From NCBI GenBank assembly GCA_040954595.2, contig CM082579.2, positions 9,971,625 through 10,035,624 on the forward strand: a stretch of DNA of 64,000 nt, written 5' to 3'. The DNA is from Balanoglossus misakiensis (taxonomy: Eukaryota > Animalia > Hemichordata). A program made the translations under genes and the position numbers. Below, piece by piece: positions 23,064 through 48,049 of this stretch; the first letter of the stretch is position 1; each line of letters starts with the position of its first letter. The notes under the pieces are model-generated. The model had not been told where the DNA came from, searched no databases, and saw only the letters and a list, made by a program, of their open reading frames with translations.

Positions 23064-25403
23064 AATCTTACTAGCACAAGCTGGCTTCGGCGAATTCCAT
23101 TCTCCACTCACTAAACACCGGATGACGGGATTTCCGATCCTTTCAAATCCAAAAGCGCATGTGTATGTTACGGCTCCTTCGTTTTCATAGTCATTCCTCT
23201 TAGAATTTTCTACTTCTCCTGGATCTTGGCAGAAGCTGACCTTCGCGAATGATGGAATTGTTGCTTGGACGCATTCTGGCACTTCGTTGCTCCAGTTTTC
23301 CCCATCGCAATATATCTTGTCCGGCCCCCTCATTTCGTATCCGTCGTGACACTCGTATGTGATTATGTTGCCAACATTAGTTTCCCGCCCATTGCGGATT
23401 CTTCCTGGGTAAGGACAACCGCTACCTAGAAAGTAAGATTCTGTATGTAAAGAAGCAGTAACTTCAATAGACTCCTGTTATTTTGATTTCACGACATATT
23501 TTTTAACCAGGACATTACTCCAAGAAAGCCATTTATTTGTTAAATTTAGTCAGTCATTTTCATAATTTCTACATTATCATGTACGCTATGTCCGTTGGTA
23601 TAAATTTGAATTATCTGCTGACGTGGCATGAATCACATTTCTAGCCAACCATTTTACGGTTCTTGCATCAAATTCAAATTGAATATGGTTGTTATACCGC
23701 TGGCAATTCCAGGATATATTGAGGTCAAGCCGGGGTCACGACCTGGCTATGTCAACACCCATTCACTCATTCACTATTCCTCGAAAGCATAGACAGTGTC
23801 CCTTCCCCCAGTGGTTTACGTCAATGTCACACGCGTCTTTCAATTGCCAAATTCTCGAGTAACATCTAAACACGAAAGTGCCATTATGGAATTACGTTTA
23901 ATACTTTCCCAAGGACGTCTTTGACATGTCTCGGCACATGTTCTGCGAAACGGGATACTTGCCCTACATTCGTGAACTATTTATGTGCATTTAGTTGTCC
24001 GGCGAGTGACATTATCTACATGAAACTACATGAACACACTGCTGCTGGGAGTTTTATCTCCCGGGTACACGATGTACACACACGCCATTGTTATATATCC
24101 GATACTGTATACGCGAAAAATTATTTTAGAAATCCGGCATGTCAGACACTGAACTTTCATGGCCAGAGATCTTTCAACATATTTTCGTTGTCAGTCCAGA
24201 TGCTTGTACACCGGGCTTGAATGTAAAGGAGAAAATAATTTGGTGAACGACATCGGGCTGAACAGCCAAAGCGACCCAGTCGCTGTGATATTCAGGATAA
24301 CCTACTGTGTAGAGCGTTCACCCAGTTTTGTAGCGGCAAGTTTTACTCGATAACTTCATTTCAAGCAAAATAAAATATTAGTGGTATACTTAAGCAATAA
24401 AACACCCCCAGCCATGGTATACCACGAGATTTTGACCAGTTCACGACATATACGCACGAGCGATAGCGAGTGCGTATATGGAGTTGAACTGGTCAAAATC
24501 GAGTGGTATACCATGGCTGGGGGTGTTTTATTGCTATTATATTATGCCAGTATATTGAAACTTTGCATAAAACATTTTAAAAAGGCATTTTCTTTGACTA
24601 TGATATATGACTGTGGTATATGGCTAATATATCACGGTCACGTGTCGTGTCTCGACCAATCAAATAGCGTGATTTACACCATCAATATACTGGTATAATA
24701 TAATTCTTGATAGCCATGTCTGACAAATACTGAGAAAAAATTGAAGACATTTCAGATATCTTACGTATGCATATTGGCTTTGGATTATCCCATTCTCCTG
24801 TTGATAAACAACGAACGACATTAATTCCAGACATTGTGTAGCCTTCATTACATCGATATAGCATGGTAGTTCCGCCGTAGAATTCCCGCCTGGATCCTCG
24901 ATGCAGTGGGCCTAAATCCGGACACAGGCTCCTGTCGGTCTCGTCAGCTAACAAAAGCAAAAAAAAAGACAAAAAAGGAAAACTAAGTTTGCACAAAATG
25001 CTCTTTTGTTGCTTGGAGCCTGAATCAAAGCCTATCTTGATATAATAGATTGGATCGCTTCTGTTAGAAAAAAAAATCAACATCCGTTTTTCGGGGAAAA
25101 ATTATCACAAATATATACGAAACAATCGCCAATTGCAACCTGGTCGACGTTTTGGTTGACTACATTACTACGACGAAGACGAACTGGAGGATCGTATAAA
25201 TTCTTTTCCGTATTCGTATCAAGCGGCTAAGAAATGGGAACGCATGTGAAAAGTATGTGTATGTTCGTTTTCCGTGGAAAGTTCGGTTCAAGGACACAAT
25301 TAATTCACTTACCAACAACAGATGATTGCACTACGACGATTACAGCAAACTGGAGAGCCACAAATGAAAGTGTCTCTGCGATGGTTCCCATTAGTGAACG
25401 CAT
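8001..25403 (-). CDS. Gene B: secreted CCP/EGF/cbEGF/ephrin-like/HYR modular ECM protein (~1294 aa, SVEP1/SCUBE/fibulin-related mosaic)
   Basis: 25 GT-AG exons: 25313-25403, 24765-24947, 23072-23425, 21954-22424, 21402-21521, 20847-20975, 20343-20465, 19905-20027, 19599-19727, 18937-19068, 18314-18433, 18007-18162, 17338-17463, 16487-16612, 15935-16057, 15424-15516, 14516-14626, 14095-14286, 13217-13450, 12741-12877, 12010-12112, 11656-11844, 11095-11181, 10573-10734, 8001-8071. Sum is 3885 nt, divisible by 3. Leader [31 protein letters not shown][I/M/R][D/N]EC cbEGF motifs, sushi and HYR signatures. Every exon has a counterpart in gene C. The terminal exon ([13 protein letters not shown]...*) is assigned by similarity to gene C's tail and is the least certain. 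Confidence 0.88.
8239..10170. mobile_element. Non-autonomous foldback-type DNA transposon: ~750/860 bp inverted arms, 321 bp spacer, 6-bp TSD GAATCT
   Basis: Left arm 8239-8986 (TACGGTGGCCGAAACCGACACTCC...) is the near-perfect reverse complement of right arm 9308-10170 (...GGAGTGTCGGTTTCGGCTACCGTA). GAATCT flanks both ends directly (8233-8238, 10171-10176). The outer parts of the arms are tandem arrays of a GCTATGCT-containing motif in a ~97-bp higher-order unit. No transposase ORF. Confidence 0.92.
11462..11544. repeat. (AAAAC)n microsatellite
   Basis: Direct reading. Confidence 0.95.
12190..12629. mobile_element. 440-bp MITE with TTAA target duplication (piggyBac/Kolobok-type target) in a gene B intron
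   Basis: TTAA|ACCCCGGTGCGG at 12186-12201 and CCGCACCGGGGT|TTAA at 12618-12633 give a perfect 12-bp TIR plus TTAA on both sides. The interior is non-coding. Confidence 0.75.
16738..16906. repeat. (GACA)n/(GATA)n/(GGCA)n compound microsatellite
   Basis: Direct reading. Confidence 0.95.
22629..22858. repeat. (ACAAC)n/(ACGAC)n pentanucleotide microsatellite
   Basis: Direct reading; explains the spurious CCVVL/HNTTQ ORFs. Confidence 0.95.
23023..23062. repeat. A40 homopolymer (U-rich tract just downstream of gene B exon 3 donor)
   Basis: Direct reading. Confidence 0.9.
23722..23738 (+). promoter_or_regulatory. Candidate DR5 nuclear-receptor element in gene B intron 2
   Basis: AGGTCA-agccg-GGGTCA; motif match only. 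Confidence 0.4.
24393..24700. mobile_element. Palindromic MITE-like element in gene B intron 2
   Basis: 143-bp near-perfect palindrome 24393-24535 (AGCAATAAAACACCCCCAGCCATGGTATACCAC...GTGGTATACCATGGCTGGGGGTGTTTTATTGCT). It is followed by a second inverted pair, ATTATGCCAGTATATTGA (from 24541) / TCAATATACTGGTATAAT (~24682-24699). Confidence 0.65.
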
Positions 25404-26148
25404 GCTGGCTTATGCACGGAAAGAGTCTTTCGATGGTACCGTCTACAGCTGGCCGTCGATTTATAAAAACAGCAGGCAGAATCCCCGGGAAGTTCTGCTA
25501 AAAACCCATTAGCGTATATTGTACGGCACACGGGAAACACATCAACATCTATAAACAAGTCAATCAATCATATCTACGGGCTTATTAGCATAAATATTCA
25601 ATTCATGAATATTCAGAACACGGTACATGTATAACCAATGAAGTGTCAGAAAATAAAATTAATATTCAATGACTGCAGTTTCTTTCCAATTAATTCACAG
25701 AATAATCCTTAAAATGTGATCAAATGTGTAAGTCACCAACCGGGATTTTGACATTTCCGCCATTCACTTTTTGCGGCTCTATATGTCGCAGTCCGTATCG
25801 ATCGAAGTCACCGTCGGCAAACGACGGCAAACTAGAATATCGAATTGCCGCGGAGGGCCGTGGGAACAACCTTTCATTGTAAGTTCCTGATTTCAGGCCA
25901 ATCCCCATAAATATCCTTTAAAGACGCCTTTGCTAGTAAGAGGACGAGTAGTATTGACGATAGTTGTTGTCGACTAAAATTGTGACGAATTAATATTCAT
26001 GATCGTGTTCTGGCCCTGCATGAGGACGCACGGCAAATTAGGCAATGCCATCTGTCACGGGCTCAGACTGTGACTACAACAGTTACCTCTGGACATCTTC
26101 CCGGCAGACACGTCTCTTAGATACTCTTAGCCCCGACTATCGGGTGGG

Positions 26149-26176
26149 AAGTCACATCCGGGTCACGCCAGGGTCA
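26149..26176 (+). promoter_or_regulatory. Candidate DR5 nuclear-receptor element upstream of gene B
   Basis: AAGTCA-catcc-GGGTCA-cgcca-GGGTCA; motif match only. Confidence 0.4.
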
Positions 26177-26851
26177 CAAATGTCTGGATACATGTACCTC
26201 CCTGGTATAAACATTATACATGTGTACTGTGGGTATCGGATGCTAGTGTTCCACTTATAAACGGACGGACGGAAGTAGTGGTAACCTTTTCGTCGAAATA
26301 GTTGACCAACAACATCTGCTGTTCCGAGAAGTCCTTTCAAATGACGATTAAAAGATAGGGATTTTCGGAATATCATTTAAAAAAAAAAAAATTACAAAAG
26401 AAATGACGTGTTAAATTTTTTTGTAAAGGTCGACCATCTTATGTAAGCGAGTGATCATACTGATACTTTCCTGTAATGTACTTTCTTTTGAATTTTTTTT
26501 AATCACTTTATTTATTTTCTCTCTTTGGAACGAATTTTTTTTACAATAAAAGACACAAAAATAAGATTGGGATTTGTGTCACCAGAGTTTGAGTAAACTG
26601 TTGGAAGTATGGGTTTAATTTCCCCTACAGAGTAACAGTACAGCTAAAACTATGATCGCAGAATTAAAAATGTAGTTGTACAATAAAATAAATGAAAACT
26701 GTTTAGATAAATTAAAATATGAACAGAAAACAAATGCCTGCAAATGATTCTCATTCAAACCGTGCAAGTTCACTACGTGTGCAACTTAAGGTCATTAAAT
26801 ACGAAAAAAGTGGATGTGCAAAAATGACGCGAGAAATTTCATCAACTCTGT

Positions 26852-26857
26852 TTTATT
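26852..26857 (-). terminator. Putative polyadenylation signal (AATAAA) of gene C
   Basis: TTTATT on + strand ~120 nt downstream of the TAG at 26976-26978. Confidence 0.45.
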
Positions 26858-26975
26858 TCATTCAGGCTGATAGAAGGTAAAATATCCATGATAAAATGTC
26901 GTAAATTGGAGACATAAACATTTACTAGATTACAAAGTACAATGTATTCAACTGTGGCTTCCAAACGCTTCCGGA

Positions 26976-42542
<15,567 letters not shown>

Positions 42543-42742
42543 TGCGTTGTGTTTTTCGAAAACACTGTCAACAGAGCTACCGTCCAGCTGCTAAATTCGA
42601 CAACATTCAGCTGGCAGAATCTCCGGGAAGGTCAAGTCTCACGAACTCGGTGTCATGTAACAGCTAACTAAACGCAAACTGGATGGGACGAGGAAAACGC
42701 ACGGCATCATCCACTGAAGTGATTTGCAGTGGACGGACTCGG

Positions 42743-42755
42743 TGAACTTTGACCC
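42743..42755 (-). promoter_or_regulatory. Candidate DR1 nuclear-receptor element upstream of gene C
   Basis: GGGTCA-A-AGTTCA on the minus strand ~200 bp upstream of the ATG; motif match only. Confidence 0.4.
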
Positions 42756-44280
42756 TTCTTCAAGATGACAAATAAGAAACGGCGCGGACCAATTGCCTGG
42801 CTTCTAGTTCTGCAGGCACAGGAAGAGTAGGAAGATTATGCAACTACTAAAATGTTATAATAAAATATGCAGAAAAAGTAAACTTGTGTAAGGATCGGAA
42901 ACGACTCGATATTAGCGCGAAGACGTCACCACTTCCTCGCTGCAGTAATCGTTCCTGTTGATATTCTTGAGATGGTAACTGAATCTGGTCGTGCGAAGTG
43001 TAACTGGTGCCAGATTGATATAGTCGGTAATGCAGAATCCGACACAGTTGGCCTCAATACAAAAACCGCAATAAATATTTTCTGAGTGCTCAATCGTTTG
43101 GCACTGTGGCACGATTCCCAACTGTTGCGATAAATTATCCAAGGCGACCCCCGCCTGTCACGAAAACTGCATAAACTCCATATAGTCTCCAAAACGTCTC
43201 TCGCGATTTAACAGCCACCAGCATGATTGGGGGTTGTTTTGCGGTTTGGAGTTCCTATATGTAAGCATTGGCTGGAGTATTGTGTGAAGACACGCCTTGT
43301 CAGGGGTCGATGTCAAGGGATATTGGGCCGTGAAATGAGGGGGGGGGGGGTGAAGGACGATGAGAGGAAAAAGACATTTAAATCGAAGGGGCGGGTGGGA
43401 GTTTGCGAGCAAGTTAATTTGGCTTTTCCTGGGCTTAATATCATCCAACCAACAGATTTATCAGCAAATTTGAAAAAAAAAATTAAAATATTCAAACACC
43501 GTACGTGTAACTAAGAAATCGACCCCAGTAAAAACAACGTAATGCAACGGCAACGGCACCGCGACTATTGCCATGGTCACAAAGCTTAGTGGTAGAGGTC
43601 ACGAATAAACGACACGACGCCTTGCGCTCACCACAGAGCTCGATGCAGTCGCGAGTTTAATTTCTGTTCCAAGGTTTCAACGGACTTCGGAAACAGACAA
43701 ACTGCTTTGAGTAGTACCAGTCAACTCGAAGGTTAAATTTGCCTGCACTGACATTTGCGATTGGGCCTGTATTGACGTGCCCCGTGTGCAAGATCAAGGT
43801 TGAGACAACGCGGGGAGATGTTGACGCCCGGAACGGTTGAGCTTTGTACGTGCTGCTTTAATTGGGATATGCGGAATCGTGCCTCGTCCCTACCCATTTC
43901 ATACACGAATGTCATCAGCTGTTGTAATACCGGCCAATGTACGCCAAGCGAACTGAGGCATTTACCAAGTCGTGGCTGACCATTGTAATCGATATACACT
44001 GATAATTTAATTCAAGCCTGTGTGTAATAATCACCTTTCCAACAAATATTTGCAAAATGTGACTACAGAATAAACGGGTTTCATTTAATCTTCGACAGGG
44101 ACGGTACTGTACCCAATTTTTCTGAACCATTTCATTAGCACATTTCCTATATTCATCAATCAATCGAGTGCACAAAGTGCTGCTATCACATATCATGTAT
44201 GTCTGAAAATTAAACTTGAATGTAAGTTGTTCTGTCTGTAATGTGAAATGCTAGATTCCGAGTGCAGGAGAAGGGTGCTG

Positions 44281-44407
44281 CTCCCTCCCCTCCCCTCCCC
44301 TCCCCTCCGCTCCGCTCCGCTCCGCTCCCCTCCCCTCCCCTCCCCTCCCCTCCCCTCCCCTCCCCTCCCCTCCCCTCCCCTCCCCTCCCCTCCCCTCCCC
44401 TCCCCTC
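44281..44407. repeat. (CCCCT)n polypyrimidine microsatellite
   Basis: Direct reading; the opposite strand is (GGGGA)n. Confidence 0.95.
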
Positions 44408-45391
44408 CATCCCTCCTCTGCCTGCCTGCCTGCCCTGTTCTCTTGATATCTTAACGTGTGGTAGGGCATGCATTGGGACAATATAAGATCTCTCAGTCTT
44501 GTTATTATTCAAAAGCATGAAGACCATTTTGTCACAGCTCATTTTTGTGTGCTACGCTTGCCCTGAACGCATTTTCCCATTTTCCCCGGCAAATCTCTTA
44601 CAGAAAGGAACGAGAGGTTGTAATTTCACATAATACTTCCGCGAGTGCTGAGTATTGAAGGAAGTGCGATACACAGCCACAGATACTAAACGAGGAAATG
44701 CGATAAGCCGCCAGGCTTTATTACGTAAAGTTCGGGGTAAAGGTTTAGAGAAAGGGCCGGCCAATTACAGTTGACGAGAAGTTTCTCCGTGCAGATATAT
44801 TTCAAAGGAAGGTATCATCATCATCATGATCATCATCATGATCATCATCATCATCATCACCAACACCACCACTTTGCTCCAAACGCTAGTGTATTATACC
44901 TTGAATTTTAACTCAATACAACCTAGACAGTGGATGATTCCTGTCAACTGATTTTGTTGTGGCCATTTAATATATTATTATATTTATGTGCCATTATTTT
45001 TCCTTTCATAAATATCGCTGTCAAGGACTTGTCATTCTTAACAACTGCTGCTTTTAGTTATTTGGATCTACTCGACAGTTAATAATCGTCTTTTGAACCA
45101 CAAACGTTGTAAATTCGCTATCAATATTGCCATTACAATACCACAACATTGATTCTACTTTTAGATGTGGGTTAAGTTCCTTGAACAGCGTAGCTTTCAT
45201 AGGCGCACCCTTCCGCTGTGCAGTTAGGTATTTTTTTCGCCTGGAAAAAATATGAACAAATATCATTTTACATATGATTCTTGAAAACTGTTTCAGTCTA
45301 GTCGTGCCAGTAGAGCTGTTAATAGAAGAAAGAATACACTTGCTGCTCGTCAACACAGTCGCTGTGTGGGATTTGTGCTTATTGGGTCGGG

Positions 45392-45405
45392 GCGCCACCT
45401 AGTGG
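45392..45405 (-). promoter_or_regulatory. Candidate CTCF site
   Basis: GCGCCACCTAGTGG is the reverse complement of CCACTAGGTGGCGC, a match to the CTCF core consensus. It is intergenic, between gene C and the GPCR. Confidence 0.5.
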
Positions 45406-46867
45406 TGATGTCGACTTTCTGCATTTGTCGATTTCGACTGTGGTGTCTTTCGCCGAGTAGGAGTAACAAGGATATAATGCGGCCCTTTTGCCGTTTGGTG
45501 CTTCTAAGGCTGCATCGACGGTTCTTGAATGATCAGCCATTGATCTCCAACTGGAAAGCAATTACATGTACATGTATAGTCAATATCTTCATAACTTCTA
45601 TTTATGGTAACCTGCGTTTAACGTCCATTATTCTTGTGACTCAGATTTTATTACAGGTACAAAGTCTCTCTCTCGCTGCCCTTTTTTATATTATTTACGT
45701 TTGATACAAGACACCGTTTATGTAATTCTACATGTGGATATATAATGAATTAACATTCGACACATAATTTCGTCCATCTTGTTTGTAGAATCGAGAGTAA
45801 AATTCTCGTCAAAATGAATAAACGGTAAACACTGATTATTAATTTTGACGAGTTTTCCACTCTCAAGTCTACAAGTGGTACATGTATATAAGTTGTGTGT
45901 GGTCGAATGTCGATTCACTATATACATGTCTCTACATGTAGAATAATAAAAACGGTGTCTCTGTATCAAACATAAATAATAGAACAAATTTGGATGGTGA
46001 AGGGCAGTCAAATTGTAAGTTCTCATGTGTGTGTTGGGTTGTTTATAGAGAGCATTTTAGAGAATAGATTGCTACTTTCCTGTGTGGGGAGGTCTAAAAA
46101 TTGAACATAGTTACCTTCTGTATTTCGAATACCATTTTATTCATTAGCCTATAGTCTGTGAGTTAAACTTGATAGTACACAAACTTTAGATAAAAGGTTT
46201 AAAGGTACCGGTAGGTGACTGAAAATCAAACTGAAAGTCAAACTGAAAGTCCTATATAGTTGAGGAAAATGCCTATGCACACTGTTCAAGAAGTTGAGAC
46301 CACATACAGGCATGATATATCCATTGGCAGTGCCTTTCGGGATTGCAGCTTTTACTAATCTGTGGCAATGTCTATTTCCTGAAAGAAGCAAAGCTGTTAT
46401 GGAAGTTGGAATTTCGTGTAGAGGCCATGAACAAAATTATAACTTTACATTCAGCAAGAGGGGTCAATTTTTGGACACTTTTGAAGTTACCAAACACAAG
46501 AGTCTGCCTGAAAATGAATTCAAATCTTACACCAACTTGTGTTTGTAACTCCAGATGTGCACTTTTGGGTGATCTTAATTTTGCATGGCCGCCCACAAAA
46601 AAATCTTTGTTCGCTAGATCAACACTTTCCATGGTTACGGTGGCTAAACATTACTTGCCGGCGCACGTGTACGCGCCACCTTCTTCGTGACACGCGGGCC
46701 TTGGTATCCATAGAAACAGAACATCTTTGGCTTATTATTATTTTCTGCGTGGGTATATATCAATGTGTATGCGTATGTATCAAGTATTCCATTGACAGCA
46801 ACAGGTCAGAAATCCGCTCTACTCCCCCCACACCGCGTCGCGAATTTCAACACAACGTGAACCGAAA

Positions 46868-48049
46868 ATGACGGCCAGTGACAACGGTACCGGTTTCAGA
46901 CCAGACGGTCTTTGTTTCCCGGATTTCGACATCCCGCTCTGGATTCCCGCTTTGCACGCCACGGCCGTTTCCCTGATTTCCATCAGCGGCATCGTCGGTA
47001 ACGTATTCGTGCTTCTCTTCATCTACTCTTTCTGTCTGAACTCTCTCGACAAACAACCCGTGACGATTTTCTACGGGAACTTGGCACTGGCAGATTTGGT
47101 CACTTCACTGCTCTTCGAGCCTGTTTACGTGGTGTCAATTGTCAACAACAAGTTTCCGCTCGGGGGAGAAAGCTGCCGCTACTTTAGCACGGCGTTTGCC
47201 GTCATCCCAAGCGCCACCTCCATCTTCACTCAAACTGCGCTTGCTCTGTACAGCTACGTGCAAACCCGAAATGTCTATCACCAATCCGCAAAGTGCTTCG
47301 GTAGAAAGCGAGTCCTGTTTTACTGTGTGCTTACCTGGCTTTTTGCAATAATGGTTTTCTGTCCGTGGCTGATTGCAAAGGAGAAATTCCCCTTCAGCAA
47401 TGACTTTCGGACAAACAGTTGTTTCGTTACCGGCACACCGTATCACGTGATTATTTTGGCGTTTACCGTTCCCTCAATCATTATCACGTTTTCTTATACT
47501 TGCGTTTTCCTGACAACGCGCAATCGTCTGCTGATAAATAAAGTTGGGATATCTAATAATGTCGGCGACAATATTTACAACCAGGCCAGAGCTATTCGGC
47601 AGCACAAAGCGGTGAGAAAGGTGGCCAAAAAATCGTTTATCCTGTGCACCGCCTATTACCTGTGCTGGTTACCAATAAACATGAAGCTGTTCATTGGTGA
47701 AGGTTGCCACCCCTCCACCGATGGCTGGCATCGAGTGGCAATAACATGTCTGTACGTCAACACGACAATAAATGCGATGTTGTACGCCTGGAAGAACCCC
47801 GACTTTCGCAGGGGAGTTCTAGCAATTGTGACTTGCCGCATCCACGAGCACAAGTTGCGTCTGGCCGGAGCCTTGCCATCCGCGGAGGAGGGTCGCCGTA
47901 AAGCCCAGGGTAGCGTGCAGACCACCGCCATAGGGAACAACGAACCCGGCGTCCGAAAGAAACGCCTCGTCTGGGCGCTGGGCCTGGACGCACGCGTGGC
48001 TGGAGACACCGCGACCACAAGTGCCATGGAAACGGAATCAGTATTGTAG
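46868..48049 (+). CDS. Intronless class A (rhodopsin-like) GPCR, orphan, 393 aa
   Basis: Single ORF with seven hydrophobic segments. N-terminal NGT sequon, TM1 GN (GIVGNVFV), TM2 LALADL, C3.25 (GGESCRY), TM4 W, ECL2 Cys, TM6 CWLP, TM7 N...NAMLY followed by helix 8 (KNPDFRRG) and a possible palmitoylation Cys. Confidence 0.93.
   Translation: MTASDNGTGFRPDGLCFPDFDIPLWIPALHATAVSLISISGIVGNVFVLLFIYSFCLNSLDKQPVTIFYGNLALADLVTSLLFEPVYVVSIVNNKFPLGGESCRYFSTAFAVIPSATSIFTQTALALYSYVQTRNVYHQSAKCFGRKRVLFYCVLTWLFAIMVFCPWLIAKEKFPFSNDFRTNSCFVTGTPYHVIILAFTVPSIIITFSYTCVFLTTRNRLLINKVGISNNVGDNIYNQARAIRQHKAVRKVAKKSFILCTAYYLCWLPINMKLFIGEGCHPSTDGWHRVAITCLYVNTTINAMLYAWKNPDFRRGVLAIVTCRIHEHKLRLAGALPSAEEGRRKAQGSVQTTAIGNNEPGVRKKRLVWALGLDARVAGDTATTSAMETESVL

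Noticed and set aside
42912-43192. Cys-containing ORFs upstream of gene C
   Set aside because: Non-ATG starts, no splice or domain pattern, and no counterpart upstream of gene B.
44210-44542. RGG-like (GGEGR)n and extensin-like (PSPPL)n ORFs
   Set aside because: Translation of the (CCCCT)n microsatellite.
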